Assembly: GCA_002779995.1 (NCBI GenBank)
Contig: PEWX01000115.1
Span: 20,016-84,015 of the forward strand
DNA from: Piscirickettsiaceae bacterium CG07_land_8_20_14_0_80_44_28
GTDB lineage: Bacteria; Pseudomonadota; Gammaproteobacteria; Thiomicrospirales; Thiomicrospiraceae
Reading direction: 5' to 3'
DNA length: 64,000 nucleotides
This document shows, in pieces, positions 61,692 through 64,000 of the stretch. Under the pieces are notes generated by a model. It did no database searches. It was not told where the DNA came from and saw only the letters and a program-made list of their open reading frames with translations. Position 1 is the first letter of the stretch; each line of letters starts with the position of its first letter. A program made the position numbers and the translations under genes.

Positions 61692-62342
61692 TTATTCTGC
61701 GGGATCAATCACTCCGGCAATGCTGCTATTGCATCGAAACCAACCCGCGATACTGATTCTAGGGTGCTGCGTGGGTAAAACCTCATGGGGAATTTGCTCA
61801 CTCATAAATACTATCAGTTTGCCGATTTCGGGGGTGACGTTAGTCAGTTGTGCTGAGCTGTCTTCGTTATACACAACCAGTTCACCTCCCCAATCTGCTT
61901 GCCAATCTGGATTGAGATACAGTACCGTTGTCACCATGCGATTAGCACGCCCTCGAAAGCTATCGAGGTGCTTTTTATAAAAGTCGCCCGTTTTATAAAC
62001 CGCAAAGTGACATTCATATTCAAACAAACCCAGAAACAGGGCGCGATTGAGTTGATATTGTAATTCGGCCATTAGGTTGAGATAGGATTTTTGGGCTGTC
62101 GTTGAACCATCTAACCACTTAATCTGGTCTCGGCGGATGGTTTGATTGCGTTGATGAATGTCACCGCGGCCGATTCCGGCAATTTGTAAGTTGCCTTGTT
62201 GGTCGTGATATTTGGCTTCGGCTAATAGTTGATGACATAGGTCATCACTGACAGCCTGTGGCCATTCAAACCAACCTTTTTCAACTAAGGCATTGAGGCG
62301 TTGATCCATCACCGAATCAGTTAGGTTGAGGGGCATTGGCAT
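61692..62342 (-). CDS. 2OG-Fe(II) oxygenase (prolyl-hydroxylase-like)
   Basis: 216 aa. Has the HxD motif in KKHLDSF, the distal His in IPHEV, and the 2OG-binding Arg in RISIAGWF. Confidence 0.8.
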   Translation of the reverse strand: MPMPLNLTDSVMDQRLNALVEKGWFEWPQAVSDDLCHQLLAEAKYHDQQGNLQIAGIGRGDIHQRNQTIRRDQIKWLDGSTTAQKSYLNLMAELQYQLNRALFLGLFEYECHFAVYKTGDFYKKHLDSFRGRANRMVTTVLYLNPDWQADWGGELVVYNEDSSAQLTNVTPEIGKLIVFMSEQIPHEVLPTQHPRISIAGWFRCNSSIAGVIDPAE

Positions 62343-62405
62343 TTCCGATTAAAGAAACGAATTATGCACCTAACAGGTGCCTATAGCAATCTTAACCGTT
62401 GGTCT

Positions 62406-63992
62406 TTACCATTGATCAGAACGAGCCAGTCTCCAGTCTTTCAAAACGGATGTTGGAACAGTTGATTCTTGTTTTAAACAGTTGGTTTCAATGCAAGGAA
62501 AGATGTCATCGAAGGAAGCGACTTCTTGAGCGCTGACGCGACGCATTAAGTGACGGGGTTCAATTTCACTGGGACAACTTAACCCCATTGCAGAAACCAA
62601 TTCCATCAAATTATGAATAATTGATGTTTGATAGCGGGCAACCCGTTGTGATTTGTCTTCAATATTGAGTGCTTTATAGCGTTTGGGGTTTTGAGTGGCA
62701 ATGCCGGTTGGGCAGGTATCCATATGACAATGGCGAGATTGAATGCAGCCGAGCGCAAACATCATACCGCGAGCCGAGTTAACCAGATCTGCACCTAAAG
62801 CCAGTAACCTGATAATGTGAAAGGCGGTAAACGCTTTGCCTGACGCAATCAGCTTGACTTCTTTGCGAATCCCAAACCCCATCAGGGTGTTATGAACAAA
62901 TGACAAAGCTTCTCTTAAAGGCATGCCAACAGAATTGGTAAATTCGACAGGCGCCGCACCAGTGCCCCCTTCTCCGCCATCGACAGTGATAAAATCAGGG
63001 TATAGCTCGGTTTCAACCATGGCTTTACAAATGGCTATAAATTCACTTTTTTGACCAATACTCAATTTAAAGCCAACGGGTTTGCCACCCGAAAGGGTTC
63101 TTAATTTGGTCACAAATTCTAACAGTCCACGAGGCGATGAAAAAGCCGAGTGTGCAGGCGGGGATAGGACATCTTTGCCAATGTCTACCACTCGAATTTC
63201 AGCAATTTCTTGCGTGACTTTGGATCCGGGTAAAACACCACCATGGCCGGGCTTAGCACCTTGAGACAGTTTGACTTCAATCATTTTAATCTGTGGGTTT
63301 TGGCTTTTTTCTGTAAATAACTCGGCATCAAATTCACCGTTTAAGTTGCGGCATGAAAAATAGCCGGTACCGATTTGCCAAACTAAATCGCCCCCTTCCA
63401 TGAGATGGTAAGGGCTTAATCCACCTTCGCCGGTATTATGATAAAACCCGCCGATCTGTGCGCCACGGTTTAAAGCCCGAATGGCGTGAGAGCTTAATGC
63501 ACCGTAACTCATTGCTGAAATATTAAACCGAGAGGCCGCATAGGGTTGTTTGCACCGGTTGGCACCAATCAACACACGCGTTTGTTCAGCAGGGATGGGT
63601 TTAGGGGAAAGAGAGTGGGCGGTCCACTCATAGCCAATTCTGTAGGTGTCAAAAATCGTTCCAAAAGGTCGGGTGTCTTGAACCCCTTTGGCTCTTTGAT
63701 AGATGAGTTCTCTAAACTCGCGATTAACGGGCATGCCACTGGTGTCATCTTCGACAAAATATTGCTGGATTTCAGGTCGGATTGATTCAGAAAAATAGCG
63801 AAAATGACCAATGACGGGATAAAGCCGCAATAACGTTCGTTTGGTTTGGGTCATGTCGCGCCAACCCACAATAATATAAGGGCCGACCAGTAACCAAAAA
63901 ATCGAGATTTGTGGCCAGAAAAAAGCAGCGGTGACCAGCCCTGTCGAAGAGGCAATGGCAGTCACGATAAAAATATCGCGGGTGGTTCTCAT
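62406..63992 (-). CDS. FMN-binding glutamate-synthase-family protein with N-terminal membrane anchor
   Basis: 528 aa. Has two N-terminal TM helices followed by a GltB-domain-2-like region (SAMSYGALS, GEGG, KLSQGAKPGHGG, DGGEGGTGAAP). Confidence 0.85.
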   Translation of the reverse strand: MRTTRDIFIVTAIASSTGLVTAAFFWPQISIFWLLVGPYIIVGWRDMTQTKRTLLRLYPVIGHFRYFSESIRPEIQQYFVEDDTSGMPVNREFRELIYQRAKGVQDTRPFGTIFDTYRIGYEWTAHSLSPKPIPAEQTRVLIGANRCKQPYAASRFNISAMSYGALSSHAIRALNRGAQIGGFYHNTGEGGLSPYHLMEGGDLVWQIGTGYFSCRNLNGEFDAELFTEKSQNPQIKMIEVKLSQGAKPGHGGVLPGSKVTQEIAEIRVVDIGKDVLSPPAHSAFSSPRGLLEFVTKLRTLSGGKPVGFKLSIGQKSEFIAICKAMVETELYPDFITVDGGEGGTGAAPVEFTNSVGMPLREALSFVHNTLMGFGIRKEVKLIASGKAFTAFHIIRLLALGADLVNSARGMMFALGCIQSRHCHMDTCPTGIATQNPKRYKALNIEDKSQRVARYQTSIIHNLMELVSAMGLSCPSEIEPRHLMRRVSAQEVASFDDIFPCIETNCLKQESTVPTSVLKDWRLARSDQW

Positions 63993-64000
63993 AAAAAATA

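Noticed and set aside
62366-62380. A small hairpin, GCACCT-aac-AGGTGC, between the glutamate-synthase-like and 2OG-oxygenase genes, considered as a terminator.
   Set aside because: It has only a 6-bp stem with a 3-nt loop and a weak T-tract. That is insufficient to call, so the operon boundary here remains open.

Overview
This is a densely coding gammaproteobacterial chromosomal segment. The gene content resembles marine sulfur-oxidiser or Thiotrichales-type genomes, but I cannot name the organism. I support 57 protein genes. I found no rRNA, tRNA, CRISPR array, transposase or integrase. Recognisable blocks are: moaA-moaD-moaE; two diverged, divergently oriented six-gene MoxR/DUF58/DUF4381/VWA/VWA-TPR/BatD (Bat-like) operons flanking selD-selU, a PAS-GGDEF gene, an EndoG-like nuclease, mltC and cmoA-cmoB; fadL-lplT-aas; prlC; tag-yjbQ; a hybrid sensor kinase; a Na/Pi cotransporter; a six-gene mrp cation/proton antiporter; mlaA with an OxyR-like regulator; an alsS-like gene; resB-ccsA-dsbA; engB; polA; and thrB. 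Three things go beyond routine annotation. (1) At 60.4-62.3 kb a Tat-signal peptide made of ten EGKCG motifs sits next to a DoxX gene and a 2OG-Fe(II) oxygenase. It looks like an HvfA/oxazolin-type RiPP metallophore precursor, but no MNIO (DUF692) or DUF2063 maturase lies in cis, and its own terminator follows it. Its seven perfect 30-bp in-frame repeats differ only synonymously. (2) The 10-bp palindrome CCAGGCCTGG, with A-rich left and T-rich right flanks extending to about 26 bp, occurs 11 times exactly plus several one-mismatch copies. Most copies are inside genes, often in one reading frame (Q-A-W), and some sit at homologous positions of the diverged Bat paralogs. (3) A small TIR-bounded MITE/REP-like element is present in three intergenic copies. 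Lesser observations are an apparent low-GC block at about 33-53 kb, an AT-rich 319-bp gap with DnaA-box-like 9-mers, and an OxyR-like regulator lacking the second cysteine. All functional calls come from reading the translated ORFs by eye; no searches were run.
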